The notes under the pieces: generated by a model
Told to the model about the DNA's origin: nothing
Databases searched by the model: none
Seen by the model: the letters and a program-made list of their open reading frames with translations, nothing else
Source of the DNA: Microbacterium sp.
GTDB taxonomy: Bacteria > Actinomycetota > Actinomycetes > Actinomycetales > Microbacteriaceae
Direction: 5' to 3'
NCBI RefSeq assembly: GCF_011620715.1
Contig: NZ_WOYP01000084.1
Location: 78,673 to 142,672, forward strand
DNA length: 64,000 nt
Translations under genes and position numbers: made by a program
Shown: one piece after another, positions 44,870-53,855 of the stretch
Position numbering within the stretch: the stretch's first letter is position 1
Layout: the number at the start of each line of letters is the position of its first letter

Positions 44870-46383
44870 TGGCGATGCATGAGAAGGCACCACAGCTGAT
44901 GGACTTCGACACGGCGCTCGAGCTGTTCGAGCCCGTGCTCGGCTTCGAGGTGCACGTCGAGCTCAACACGAACACCAAGATGTTCTCGGCTGCCCCGAAT
45001 TCGTTCGGACGCGAGCCGAACTCCGACCTCGCCCCGGTCGATCTGGGGCTGCCCGGCTCGCTGCCCGTGGTGAACGAGCAGGCCGTGAAGTACTCGATCT
45101 CGCTCGGGCTCGCCCTCGGCTGCCAGATCGCGCCGTCGAGCCGCTTCGCGCGCAAGAACTACTTCTACCCCGATCTGGGCAAGAACTACCAGATCTCCCA
45201 GTACGACGAGCCGATCGCCTTCGAAGGCTCCGTCGAGGTGGAACTCGCCGACGGCACCCGCGTCGTCGTGCCGATCGAGCGCGCCCACATGGAAGAGGAT
45301 GCCGGCAAGCTCACGCATGTCGGCGGGTCCACCGGCCGCATCCAGGGCGCCGAGTACTCCCTCGTGGACTACAACCGCGCGGGGGTACCACTCGTGGAGA
45401 TCGTCACGAAGCCGATCTACGGCGCCGAGCACCGCGCGCCCGAGATCGCCAAGGCCTACGTGCAGACGATCCGTGACATCGTGCTTTCCCTGGGCATCTC
45501 CGACGCCAAGATGGAGCGCGGCAACCTGCGCTGCGACGCGAACGTCTCGTTGCGTCCGCGCGGGCAGGAGAAGCTCGGAACCCGCACCGAGACGAAGAAC
45601 GTCAACTCGATGCGCTCGGTGGAGCGGGCCGTCCGCTACGAGATCCGGCGCCAGGCCGCGATCCTCGCGGCCGGGGGAGCGATCACCCAGGAGACCCGGC
45701 ACTGGCACGAGGACACCGGTACGACCTCGCCGGGTCGCCCCAAGTCGGATGCCGACGATTACCGCTACTTCCCCGAGCCCGACCTGCTGCCGGTGGTCCC
45801 CTCCGCCGAGCTGATCGACGAGCTTCGAGCGGCGCTGCCCGAGCCTCCCGCCGAGCGTCGTCGCCGCCTGAAGGCCGAGTGGGGCTTCAGCGATCTGGAG
45901 TTCCAGGACGTCGCCAACGGCGGGCTGCTCGCCGAAGTGTCCGCGACGATCGAAGCCGGAGCGACGCCCGCCGCCGCTCGCAAGTGGTGGACCGGCGAGA
46001 TCAGCCGCATCGCGAACGCACAGGGTCGCGAGGCGTCAGATCTGGTCGCTCCCGTCGATGTGGCCTCGCTGCAGACGCTGATCGACGCCGGAACACTCAC
46101 CGACAAGCTCGCCCGGCAGGTTCTCGAAGGGGTGATCCTCGGCGAAGGCACTCCGCAGGAGGTCATCGACCAGCGGGGCCTCGCGGTCGTCTCCGACGAC
46201 GGCGCCCTGGTATCCGCGATCGACGAGGCGCTGGCCGCGCAGCCGGATGTCCTCGAGAAGATCCGTGACGGCAAAGTCCAGGCGGCCGGCGCCGTCATCG
46301 GCGCGGTCATGAAGGCGATGAAGGGCCAGGCGGATGCCGCGCGCGTGCGCGAACTGGTGCTGCAACGCGCGGGTCAGGTCTGA
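44869..46383 (+). CDS. gatB: Asp/Glu-tRNA amidotransferase subunit B
   Basis: [37 protein letters not shown] and YRYFPEPDL. Confidence 0.97.
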   Translation: MAMHEKAPQLMDFDTALELFEPVLGFEVHVELNTNTKMFSAAPNSFGREPNSDLAPVDLGLPGSLPVVNEQAVKYSISLGLALGCQIAPSSRFARKNYFYPDLGKNYQISQYDEPIAFEGSVEVELADGTRVVVPIERAHMEEDAGKLTHVGGSTGRIQGAEYSLVDYNRAGVPLVEIVTKPIYGAEHRAPEIAKAYVQTIRDIVLSLGISDAKMERGNLRCDANVSLRPRGQEKLGTRTETKNVNSMRSVERAVRYEIRRQAAILAAGGAITQETRHWHEDTGTTSPGRPKSDADDYRYFPEPDLLPVVPSAELIDELRAALPEPPAERRRRLKAEWGFSDLEFQDVANGGLLAEVSATIEAGATPAAARKWWTGEISRIANAQGREASDLVAPVDVASLQTLIDAGTLTDKLARQVLEGVILGEGTPQEVIDQRGLAVVSDDGALVSAIDEALAAQPDVLEKIRDGKVQAAGAVIGAVMKAMKGQADAARVRELVLQRAGQV

Positions 46384-46386
46384 CGT

Positions 46387-46983
46387 TCAGGCCTGGCGCT
46401 CGAACGCGGCGAGATGGTTCTGTGAACCGGCGAGCAGCCGCTCGAGCACGATGACGACATCGGCGGGTGCCGTGGCGATCGTCTCGGTCAGGTCGGCGAT
46501 GTCGGTCTGCTCGATCGTGATTCCCACCTGCAAGGCATCGGGCAGCGACTGCGAGCCCTTGGCGATCAGCTCGTCGTACAGCGACTGAAGCGCGGGGTCG
46601 GTGAAGACGCCCACGGCGTCGACGCGGGGGTCCGGGACTCCGTATGCCGGCAGGAGTGCCGCGACCTGATCCTGGTGGGTTGTCTCCGACGCCGCGATGC
46701 TGTCGAAGATCCCGGCACCCCAGAGGTCCCCCAGTGTGACGTACACATCGTGGGCCAGCTTCTCCTCCTCGATCAAGTACGTCAACTGGGACTCCACCGA
46801 AGCCACCGCCTCGATGGTCGCGGCGGCTGTCGGGGAAGAAGTCGGGGCCGGGGCGGCGTCGGTCGGAGCGCTGGCCCCGGGGCTCACTTCTCCGGACGGA
46901 GCGAGGGGCGTGCATCCCACGAATGCTGCTGCGGAGAGCGCAATCGCAGCCAGGAGCATCGGTCGGCGAATCGTGGTGTTCAT
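46387..46983 (-). CDS. Ferritin-like lipoprotein (DUF2202-like)
   Basis: Signal peptide ending AFVG-C, then EEEKLAHDVY, SETTH, IEQTDI and GSQNHL di-metal-type motifs. Confidence 0.8.
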   Translation of the reverse strand: MNTTIRRPMLLAAIALSAAAFVGCTPLAPSGEVSPGASAPTDAAPAPTSSPTAAATIEAVASVESQLTYLIEEEKLAHDVYVTLGDLWGAGIFDSIAASETTHQDQVAALLPAYGVPDPRVDAVGVFTDPALQSLYDELIAKGSQSLPDALQVGITIEQTDIADLTETIATAPADVVIVLERLLAGSQNHLAAFERQA

Positions 46984-47000
46984 TTCAGCCTTTCATGTTG

Positions 47001-47016
47001 ATACCCCCTAGGGTAT
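47001..47016. promoter_or_regulatory. CsoR/RicR/CstR-family operator-like palindrome ATACCC-CCTA-GGGTAT
   Basis: Perfect 6-bp arms with a C/G tract, 18-33 nt upstream of the lipoprotein ATG, overlapping a TACCCT -10-like hexamer on the minus strand. Confidence 0.6.
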
Positions 47017-47119
47017 TGAGATCACTTGCGAGTCGCACAGGGAGGATCTAGGGATTCGCTGGGAGATCAGATAGGTCGTGTCGGAGGGTGTTGTCCGTGG
47101 TCCGCGAGAGAATCAACGC

Positions 47120-48379
47120 ATGGGACGTGGTGACGGGACCGGACGAATCGTCTCGTCGGACGGCGCCGACGACACCGGCACCGGCATCCTGCACGTCGAC
47201 ATGGATGCGTTCTACGCGTCCGTCGAAGTGCTCGATGACCCGTCCCTGAAGGGTAAGCCGATCATCGTCGGAGGCTTCGAAGGACGCGGCGTCGTCTCGA
47301 GCGCGTCCTACGAAGCCCGTCGATTCGGCGTCCGCTCGGCGATGAACGTCAGTCAGGCGTTGCGCCTATGTCCCACCGCGATCACCGTGCGGCCGAACTT
47401 CGACCGCTACCTGACGATGTCCAAGGAGGTCATGCGCATCTTCCACGATGTGACCCCCCTCGTCGAGCCGCTGTCGATCGACGAGGCATTCCTCGACGTC
47501 CGCGGCGCACGCCGCCTGTGGGGGAGACCCGGCGAGATCGCCCGGTCTCTGCGGCAGCGGGTGCTCGATGAGACCGGGTTGACCTGCAGCATCGGCGTCG
47601 CCGCCACCAAGCACGTGGCCAAGATGGCCTCGACGATCAGCAAGCCGGATGGTCTGCTCATCGTGGCGGAGGCCGACACCGAGGCATTCCTGCGTCCCCG
47701 ATCGGTGCGCGCACTCTGGGGCGTCGGCCCGAAATCCGCTGAGGCGCTCGAGGCACGCGGCATCCACACGGTCTCCGACATCCTCGACGCCCCGCGGTCC
47801 GTCTTGGACCGCGCGCTCGGGGTCGCGATGGGGGAGCGCGTCTGGCACCTCGCCCGCGGACTCGATGCGAGGCGTGTCGACACGGCACGCGTGGAGAAGA
47901 GCGTCGGCCACGAGGAGACCTTCCCTACCGACATCGACGATCCCGCGGTGGTGCGATCGGAGCTGCGCCGCCTCGCCGACCGCGTCGGTGCGCGCCTGCG
48001 CATGCAGGGGTGGGAGGCAAGGACGATCGCGATCAAGGTGCGCTTCGCCGATTTCACCACGATCAGTCGTTCGCAGACGCTCCCCGAGCCCACGGCGGTC
48101 GGTCAGCGGATCGGCTGGGCCGCGCTCGAGCTGTTCGACGCGGTCGATCGACCGCTTCCCGTGCGTCTGGTCGGGATCCGTGCCGAGAAGCTCCGAGCTT
48201 CCGGTGCGGCCGGCCTCACGCTATGGGACGACGACGAGGAATGGCGTCGCGTCGAAGGCGCCCTCGACGATGCCACCGCCCGATTCGGCCGTGGTGCGGT
48301 CACCCGGGCCACGCTCCTGGGCGGAGCGCGGGGCGGGGGCACGCTGCCGTCTCATCCGCGCCCGGCGAGCATGGATTGA
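47120..48379 (+). CDS. dinB: DNA polymerase IV (Y family)
   Basis: LHVDMDAFYASVE, SYEARRFG and SIDEAFLDV. Confidence 0.95.
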   Translation: MGRGDGTGRIVSSDGADDTGTGILHVDMDAFYASVEVLDDPSLKGKPIIVGGFEGRGVVSSASYEARRFGVRSAMNVSQALRLCPTAITVRPNFDRYLTMSKEVMRIFHDVTPLVEPLSIDEAFLDVRGARRLWGRPGEIARSLRQRVLDETGLTCSIGVAATKHVAKMASTISKPDGLLIVAEADTEAFLRPRSVRALWGVGPKSAEALEARGIHTVSDILDAPRSVLDRALGVAMGERVWHLARGLDARRVDTARVEKSVGHEETFPTDIDDPAVVRSELRRLADRVGARLRMQGWEARTIAIKVRFADFTTISRSQTLPEPTAVGQRIGWAALELFDAVDRPLPVRLVGIRAEKLRASGAAGLTLWDDDEEWRRVEGALDDATARFGRGAVTRATLLGGARGGGTLPSHPRPASMD

Positions 48380-48435
48380 GCACGAACCGCTCCGTCGCCC
48401 TGGGCATGCCGGTCAGCGCCGAGTAGCGTGGACGC

Positions 48436-48756
48436 ATGCCCAACATCGCACTCGAGCTCGGCAACCAGTCCGCGTCCTTCGGCGTCCACAGCGCCTACGG
48501 CGAGCAGATGGACGTCGACGGCGTCCGCATCATCCCGGTCGCGCTGGCGTGGTCCGGATTCGGCGGCGGATCCGATGAGTCCGGAAACGGCGGCGGGGGT
48601 GGGGGCGGATACTCCGTCCCGCTCGGCGCGTACATCCGCAAGGGGGACGACCTGCGCTTCGAACCGAACATCGTCTCGGCCCTCGCCGTGGCGATTCCGT
48701 TCATCTGGGTCGCAGGTCGTGCGCTGAGCCGTGTCATCCGCGCCCTCAAGCGATAG
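48436..48756 (+). CDS. YtfJ/GerW-like small protein
   Basis: VRIIPVA...GFGGG...GGGGGG..VPLGAY...RFEP followed by a C-terminal TM. Confidence 0.7.
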   Translation: MPNIALELGNQSASFGVHSAYGEQMDVDGVRIIPVALAWSGFGGGSDESGNGGGGGGGYSVPLGAYIRKGDDLRFEPNIVSALAVAIPFIWVAGRALSRVIRALKR

Positions 48757-49324
48757 CGCCGATCCCGTCTCGATCACGCTCAAGGCCGCCGCATCACATG
48801 TACTGGAGTCGGTCGCGGGCGTCGGGGCCACGAATCCGGTCGTTCTCATCGACGGTCGCAGCGGGTCCGGCAAAACCTCGCTCGCTCGCATCCTCGTCTC
48901 GCGGTGGCCCCTGCCCGGGCGAGTGCAGCTCGTCGCGCTCGATTCGCTCTACCCCGGCTGGGACGGTCTGGAAGATGGCGTCCAGGCGGCACGCGAGCTG
49001 ATCCTCGTCCCGCACGCACGCGGGCTCAATGGAGTCTGGGCGCGGTGGGACTGGGAGGCGTCGGCGCCGGCTGAGACCCATGCCGTCGATCCGTCCCTCC
49101 CGTTGATCGTCGAGGGCTCGGGTCTGCTCACTGCGGCGACGGCGCGACTGGGCGAGGTCCGAGTGTGGCTGGAGTCGCCGGTGCGGTCTCGCATGCGCCG
49201 CGCGCTGGACCGGGACGGTGACACCTATCGTCCGCACTGGAAGCGCTGGGCCGAGCAGGAGGAACGTCATCTGTCCCGCGACGAGCCGACGCGTCGCGCC
49301 ACGCACGTCTTCGCGATTCCCTGA
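48731..49324 (+). CDS. P-loop nucleoside/nucleotide kinase-like protein
   Basis: IDGRSGSGKT Walker A, LDSLYPGW, LIVEG and RALDRDG. The exact start is uncertain. Confidence 0.75.
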   Translation: MSSAPSSDSADPVSITLKAAASHVLESVAGVGATNPVVLIDGRSGSGKTSLARILVSRWPLPGRVQLVALDSLYPGWDGLEDGVQAARELILVPHARGLNGVWARWDWEASAPAETHAVDPSLPLIVEGSGLLTAATARLGEVRVWLESPVRSRMRRALDRDGDTYRPHWKRWAEQEERHLSRDEPTRRATHVFAIP

Positions 49325-49328
49325 ACCG

Positions 49329-49832
49329 TCAATCGTCGTCGGACGCGGCCTGCACGAGACCGTTGAGGCGGTAGCCGAGCCACTCGTAGATGCCGAACCG
49401 CGGGTCGTCCACGTCGTGGTCCTCCTCGCTGCGGATCTCGAGGCGCGTCGCGAGCACGAGCCGAATCGCGGCCAGAGCGCGAAGCCACGCCTGCAGCACG
49501 TCGCGCTCGAGTCGCAGCTCGACCAGTTCCATCAGCACCTCGTCGCCAGGCTCGGCATCCTCCGGGAGGGTCGCCGCCTCGCCGAGCGAGGAGAGCACCA
49601 TGTCGGCATCCTGTCGGCGTCGCTCCAGCAGATCGCCCTCGGTCATGTCGCGGAAGTTCTGGGCCGCCTCGGCGTCGTCGGCGTACGCGTCGGGGACGAG
49701 GCGCGCGATCGCGGGGTCTCCCGCCGAGCTCTCGGCGTCTTCGAGGAGTTCGGCGAACTGCGTGACGAGCCCCGCGAGATGCGCTGCCTCCATCCGGGTC
49801 AGCTCGAGCATCACCGTGCGCGGCGCGTTCAC
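49329..49832 (-). CDS. DUF2017-like protein
   Basis: DPAIARLVPDAY.DD, WLRALAAIRLVLA and YEWLG; typical position downstream of clpS. Confidence 0.82.
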   Translation of the reverse strand: MNAPRTVMLELTRMEAAHLAGLVTQFAELLEDAESSAGDPAIARLVPDAYADDAEAAQNFRDMTEGDLLERRRQDADMVLSSLGEAATLPEDAEPGDEVLMELVELRLERDVLQAWLRALAAIRLVLATRLEIRSEEDHDVDDPRFGIYEWLGYRLNGLVQAASDDD

Positions 49833-50131
49833 TGCGGCGCCTGTCGGATCGTGGCCCACAGGCCGTAGTCGTGCATGGCCTGGGCGTGCAGTTCCATCTG
49901 CTCGCGCGCGCCCTCTGCGACGACGGCATGGCCGTCGTGGTGCACGGCGAGCATCAGTCGCTCTGCGTGCGGACGATCGAACCCGAAGTACTCACGGAAG
50001 ACATGCGTGACATAGCCCATCAGATTGACCGGGTCGTTCCAGACGACCGTCTGCCAGGGCCGCATCGTCTGCTCGTCATGACGGATGCCGACCTCCTCGT
50101 CGAGCTCCGGGCTCGCCAGCATGGCCATCAT
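49829..50131 (-). CDS. clpS: ATP-dependent Clp protease adaptor
   Basis: VVWNDPVNLMGYV, MLAVHHDG and GLWAT. Confidence 0.92.
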   Translation of the reverse strand: MMAMLASPELDEEVGIRHDEQTMRPWQTVVWNDPVNLMGYVTHVFREYFGFDRPHAERLMLAVHHDGHAVVAEGAREQMELHAQAMHDYGLWATIRQAPQ

Positions 50132-50478
50132 GCCCACCCGAGGTCGTGCAGCCGCTCGTCGTCGATCCCGTAGAAGTGTGCGATCTCATGGACCAGCGTC
50201 GTGTGAACTTCATCCCGCAGCTCTTCCTCGGTGTCGCAGGTCGCCAGGTGCGGCTCGCGGTAGACGATGATGCGGTCGGGCAGCTCGCCGGCCCCATACC
50301 GGTCGCGCTCGGTGAGCGCCCACCCGTCGTACAGGCCGAGGAGGTCGAGACTGCCGTCCTCGGGGCGGTCCTCCACCACGAAGATCACGTTGTCGAGGCC
50401 GTCGACCATGTCGTCGGGAAGCCGATCGAGTTCGTCGGTGACGAGAACCTCGAACGCCACGGCATCCATGTCAACCAT
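50128..50478 (-). CDS. Zincin-like metallopeptidase (minimal zincin)
   Basis: LLGLYDG, PDRIIVYR and HEIAHFYG (HExxH). Start is 50478 or 50469. Confidence 0.88.
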   Translation of the reverse strand: MVDMDAVAFEVLVTDELDRLPDDMVDGLDNVIFVVEDRPEDGSLDLLGLYDGWALTERDRYGAGELPDRIIVYREPHLATCDTEEELRDEVHTTLVHEIAHFYGIDDERLHDLGWA

Positions 50479-50555
50479 TGGGGTGAGTAACGGGGCTCGA
50501 ACCCGCGACATCGGCCACCACAAGGCCGCGCTCTACCAACTGAGCTATACCCACC
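50479..50555 (-). tRNA. tRNA-His (GUG)
   Basis: Cloverleaf with G-1:C73, anticodon loop TTGTGGT, GTTCGAG T-loop and encoded CCA. Confidence 0.95.
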
Positions 50556-50592
50556 ATGTCTCCCGCGCGCGGCGGGCAACCCGAAAATTCTC

Positions 50593-51219
50593 TCATACTT
50601 CGGTGGCGAACGCCGAAACGGCAGCGCTCGCCGCGGCACGTGCCCCATCGCTGGTCGGACCCGGTTCGGGAACGAAGACGGCCGAGCGATAGTAGGACAG
50701 TTCCAGGATCGATTCGCGGATGTCGGCGAGGGCGCGGTGGCCGCCGCTCTTCGCTGGGGCATGGATGTAGGCACGGGGGTACCAGCGTCTGCTGAGCTCC
50801 TTGATGCTGGACACATCGACGTTGCGATAGTGCAGCCAGCGGTCCACCCGCGGCATGTACTTGGCCAGGAACATGCGATCTGTGCCGATGGTATTGCCGG
50901 CCAGCGGCGCCTTGCCCTGAAGTGGGACGAAGCGCTGGATGTACTCGAGCGCCTCGAACTCGGCCTCGGCCAAGCTCACGCCCTCGGGGATCTCGGTCAG
51001 CAGCCCGGACTTCTCGTGCATCGCCGTTACGAAATCATTCATGTGCGCGAGTGCCGAGGCATCGGGTTTGATGACGATCGAGAACCCGGGGTCGAGCGGA
51101 CGAAGCTCGAAGTCGGTCACGACGACGGCGATCTCGACGAGTTCGTCGATCGCCAGGTCGAGCCCGGTCATCTCGCAGTCGATCCATACGAGACGGTCGT
51201 TGTCGGAAGCTCCCACCAT
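50593..51219 (-). CDS. orn: Oligoribonuclease
   Basis: WIDCEMTGL, LAGNTIGTDR, HYRNVDVSS and HRALADI. Confidence 0.96.
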   Translation of the reverse strand: MVGASDNDRLVWIDCEMTGLDLAIDELVEIAVVVTDFELRPLDPGFSIVIKPDASALAHMNDFVTAMHEKSGLLTEIPEGVSLAEAEFEALEYIQRFVPLQGKAPLAGNTIGTDRMFLAKYMPRVDRWLHYRNVDVSSIKELSRRWYPRAYIHAPAKSGGHRALADIRESILELSYYRSAVFVPEPGPTSDGARAAASAAVSAFATEV

Positions 51220-51295
51220 GCGCTCCATCCTAGTGACGGGCCTCGGACACGGACGGGCAAACCGGGCCGTCCTCGCAGCGGGTCTCGTCGGCGGG

Positions 51296-51370
51296 TGGCC
51301 CCCCCGGAGAGATTCGAACTCCCGACCAGCCGGGTAGAAACCGGACGCTCTTCCACTGAGCTACGGGGGG
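51296..51370 (-). tRNA. tRNA-Arg (UCU)
   Basis: CCCCCCG/CGGGGGG acceptor stem, A20, anticodon loop TTTCTAC, TTCGAAT T-loop, G73 and CCA. One U-C mismatch at 27:43. Confidence 0.9.
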
Positions 51371-51499
51371 TGACCCGTCTACGGTACCGGCGACCCGGGG
51401 GCGGATGCACGTGAGCCATGCATGCACACGGGGATCCGCCCGAAAGAGTCTGGCAGGTTGCGGTCAGCGGGCGTAACGTCGAACCGACGGAAGGATTCG

Positions 51500-51715
51500 A
51501 TGATGAGCACGACTGATGCGCATCACACCCTCTGGGTGGCTTACGGGCAATCCGGGGTGGTCGGCAGCATCCGCAAGGACGACGACGGATACACGGTGAC
51601 CATGGCGGGAGCCGATGCCTCCGCGGGGACTTACCCTTCGATGGAGATCGCGAAGAGCGCTCTGCACGCGCGCATGATCCCCGGCAGCGACTGGCCGGAG
51701 TTCCGCGAGCACTGA
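51500..51715 (+). CDS. Small hypothetical protein (71 aa)
   Basis: GC3-biased ORF with an AAGGA RBS and a predicted beta-beta-beta-alpha pattern. Confidence 0.75.
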   Translation: MMSTTDAHHTLWVAYGQSGVVGSIRKDDDGYTVTMAGADASAGTYPSMEIAKSALHARMIPGSDWPEFREH

Positions 51716-51720
51716 GACGG

Positions 51721-52347
51721 TCAGCCCACAGGGCCCGTGGGGGTCGACTCGACCCGCACCCGCGTACTGATCGGACGTGCCGTGTCGAGCAGCGGCAGTG
51801 CGATGTGCACGAGTGGTCCGATGAGGGCGGCGAAAAGCACCGTGCCGATTCCCACGGTTCCGCCCAGCAGCCACCCGAGCGCGAGCACGGTCACCTCGAC
51901 AAGAGCCCGGCACACCCAGATCGGCCAGCCCAGGCGCGCGTGCAGCCCCGTCATGAGTCCATCCCGCGGTCCCGGGCCGAAGCGTGCGCCGATGTAGAGT
52001 CCTGAGGCCACCGCGACCAGAAGGATGCCGCCCAGCAGCACGCCGATCTGAAGGGTGAGACCGGTGACCGGGGCCATCAGCCAGAGCACCACCTGCATGC
52101 TCGTCCCGACCAGCAGGATGTTGGCAACGGTTCCGATGCCCGGCTTCTGATGCAGCGGGATCCACAGCAGGAGCACGAGGAAGCCGACGATGTTCGTCAC
52201 CCAGCCGATGCCGATGCCGGTGTGGACCGACAGGCCCTGCGCGAAGACGGTCCATGGGTCGACGCCGAGGCCCGCTTCCACGGTGAGGGCGCAGCCGGCG
52301 CCGTAGAGGACGAGTCCGATGAGGAGCTGCAGCAAGCGACGAACCAT
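51721..52347 (-). CDS. yczE: YczE/YyaS/YitT family membrane protein
   Basis: GLGVDPW, PGIGT, GPGPRDGLM and GGTVGIGT; divergent from a MocR regulator. Confidence 0.88.
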   Translation of the reverse strand: MVRRLLQLLIGLVLYGAGCALTVEAGLGVDPWTVFAQGLSVHTGIGIGWVTNIVGFLVLLLWIPLHQKPGIGTVANILLVGTSMQVVLWLMAPVTGLTLQIGVLLGGILLVAVASGLYIGARFGPGPRDGLMTGLHARLGWPIWVCRALVEVTVLALGWLLGGTVGIGTVLFAALIGPLVHIALPLLDTARPISTRVRVESTPTGPVG

Positions 52348-52353
52348 GTAACC

Positions 52354-52391
52354 ATCCAATCGAATAATTGGATCGCGTCATGCAGTCCAAT
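52354..52391. promoter_or_regulatory. Putative YczR (MocR) operator: ATCCAAT-N6-ATTGGAT plus a third TCCAAT copy
   Basis: Perfect 7-bp inverted repeat (52354-52373) and a direct repeat at 52386-52391 in the 61-nt divergent spacer. Confidence 0.65.
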
Positions 52392-52408
52392 TCAAGTATT
52401 CTGGCTTC

Positions 52409-53833
52409 ATGGACTCCCGGATATCGGCCCGTGCCCTGTGCGCCGCCCTCGGCGGCTGGCGCACACGCGAACCCGCTTACGAGGCGCTGGCGGACGGCAT
52501 CCGCCTGCTGTGTCTGGACAATCGGGTGGCGCCGCGCACCGCCCTTCCTGCGGAACGCGAACTCTCCGCGGCGCTGGAGGTGAGCCGCAGCACGGTGGCG
52601 GCCGCGTACCGCAGCCTTCGGGACTCGGGTCACATCGCGAGCACCCGCGGATCCGGCAGCGTGACGCTGCCCCTTCGGCGTAGGGATCCGGGGCGTGCGT
52701 CGACCAGTGAGGGCGCGATCGATCTGCAGCAGGCCAGTCCTCCAGCCTGGCCCGGTCTGGCCGGGCTCATCTCGGACGTGGCCCTGTCGGCATCGACGAT
52801 CGTCTCGCGCACCGGCTATGACGTGCTCGGGCGGATCGAGCTGCGCGAGGCGATCGCCGCACGGTACTCGCAACGCGGCATCCCGACATCGCCGAACGAG
52901 ATCGTGGTCACCACCGGCGCGCAGAGCGCGATCCATCTGCTCGCCGCCGTGCTGCTGGGCCGCGGAGATCGGGTTCTCATCGAGACGCCGACCTACCCGC
53001 ACGCCGCGGATGCGCTCCGGCGCGCCGATGCGCGCCTGGTCGGCGTGCCGGTGACGACCGAGCACGGTTGGGACCTGGATCGCGCCGAGCAGGCCTTCGC
53101 GCGCACGCTGCCGGTGCTCGCCTACCTCATGCCGGACTTCCAGAACCCGACCGGTCGCTCGATGACCGCCCTGGAACGCGCCGCCATTCTGGGTGCGGCG
53201 GAGCGATCGGGGACGATCCTGGTGCTCGACGAGACGACCGCCGATCTCGACATCGACCGGGGGCCCGTCCGCTCGGGCTTCATGGATGGTGATCCCGCGC
53301 TCGTCGTGAGGGTGGGATCCCTCGGCAAGACGGTCTGGGGTGGACTGCGCGTCGGCTGGATCCGCGCGGAGTCCGACCTGGTGCGACGTCTCGTCGCGGC
53401 CCGCCCCGCGCACGATCTGGGCACACCCGAATTCGAGCAGGCCGTGGCCGCGGCGGTGTTCCCGCAGTACGCGGCCGTCGTCGTGCAGCGTTCGCACGTG
53501 CTGCGCGCGGGTCGGGATGCCGCCATCGCGGAGATCGCACGCCTGCTGCCGGAGTGGCGGGTCCCCACCGTGCACGGCGGAGTGTCGCTGTGGATCGGGC
53601 TCGACGCGCCACTGAGCTCGGCGCTCGTGATGGATGTCCGCTCTCGCGGCCTGCTGCTGTCGGCGGGTCCGCGGTTCTCGGTCGAAGGTGGTCACGACCG
53701 GCATCTGCGCATTCCGTTCACGGCGGCACCCGAAGAACTCGCCCGCGCGGTCAGCACGCTGGCCGAGGCGTGGCCGCGAGTACTGCAGGGCGCGCCGGTC
53801 TCGGTGACGGAGCAGTTCGACTCCGTCGTCTGA
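52409..53833 (+). CDS. yczR: MocR/YczR family regulator (GntR wHTH plus PLP aminotransferase domain)
   Basis: LPAERELSAALEVSRSTVAAAY wHTH, TTGAQSA, PDFQNPTG and GSLGKTVWGGLRVGW. Confidence 0.9.
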   Translation: MDSRISARALCAALGGWRTREPAYEALADGIRLLCLDNRVAPRTALPAERELSAALEVSRSTVAAAYRSLRDSGHIASTRGSGSVTLPLRRRDPGRASTSEGAIDLQQASPPAWPGLAGLISDVALSASTIVSRTGYDVLGRIELREAIAARYSQRGIPTSPNEIVVTTGAQSAIHLLAAVLLGRGDRVLIETPTYPHAADALRRADARLVGVPVTTEHGWDLDRAEQAFARTLPVLAYLMPDFQNPTGRSMTALERAAILGAAERSGTILVLDETTADLDIDRGPVRSGFMDGDPALVVRVGSLGKTVWGGLRVGWIRAESDLVRRLVAARPAHDLGTPEFEQAVAAAVFPQYAAVVVQRSHVLRAGRDAAIAEIARLLPEWRVPTVHGGVSLWIGLDAPLSSALVMDVRSRGLLLSAGPRFSVEGGHDRHLRIPFTAAPEELARAVSTLAEAWPRVLQGAPVSVTEQFDSVV

Positions 53834-53855
53834 GCGCACAGCGCGTCGCTGCTGA

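Noticed and set aside
51227-51249. PafBC-like motif before orn (TGTCCG...TAGGAT)
   Set aside because: The spacing is 11 rather than 10 nt and the hexamer has a mismatch.
51328-51344. tRNA-Arg as a pseudo-tRNA because of the U27-C43 mismatch
   Set aside because: All other stems, A20, G73, the T-loop and CCA are intact. A single terminal mismatch in the anticodon stem is tolerated.
50479-51370. tRNA-His and tRNA-Arg as island integration sites
   Set aside because: I saw no duplicated tRNA 3' ends, integrase or foreign-composition DNA nearby.
51458-51500. SOS or PafBC site before the 71-aa gene
   Set aside because: TCGAAC and TTCGA are 11 nt apart instead of 4, and the hexamer 10 nt before TAACGT is TTGCGG (two mismatches).
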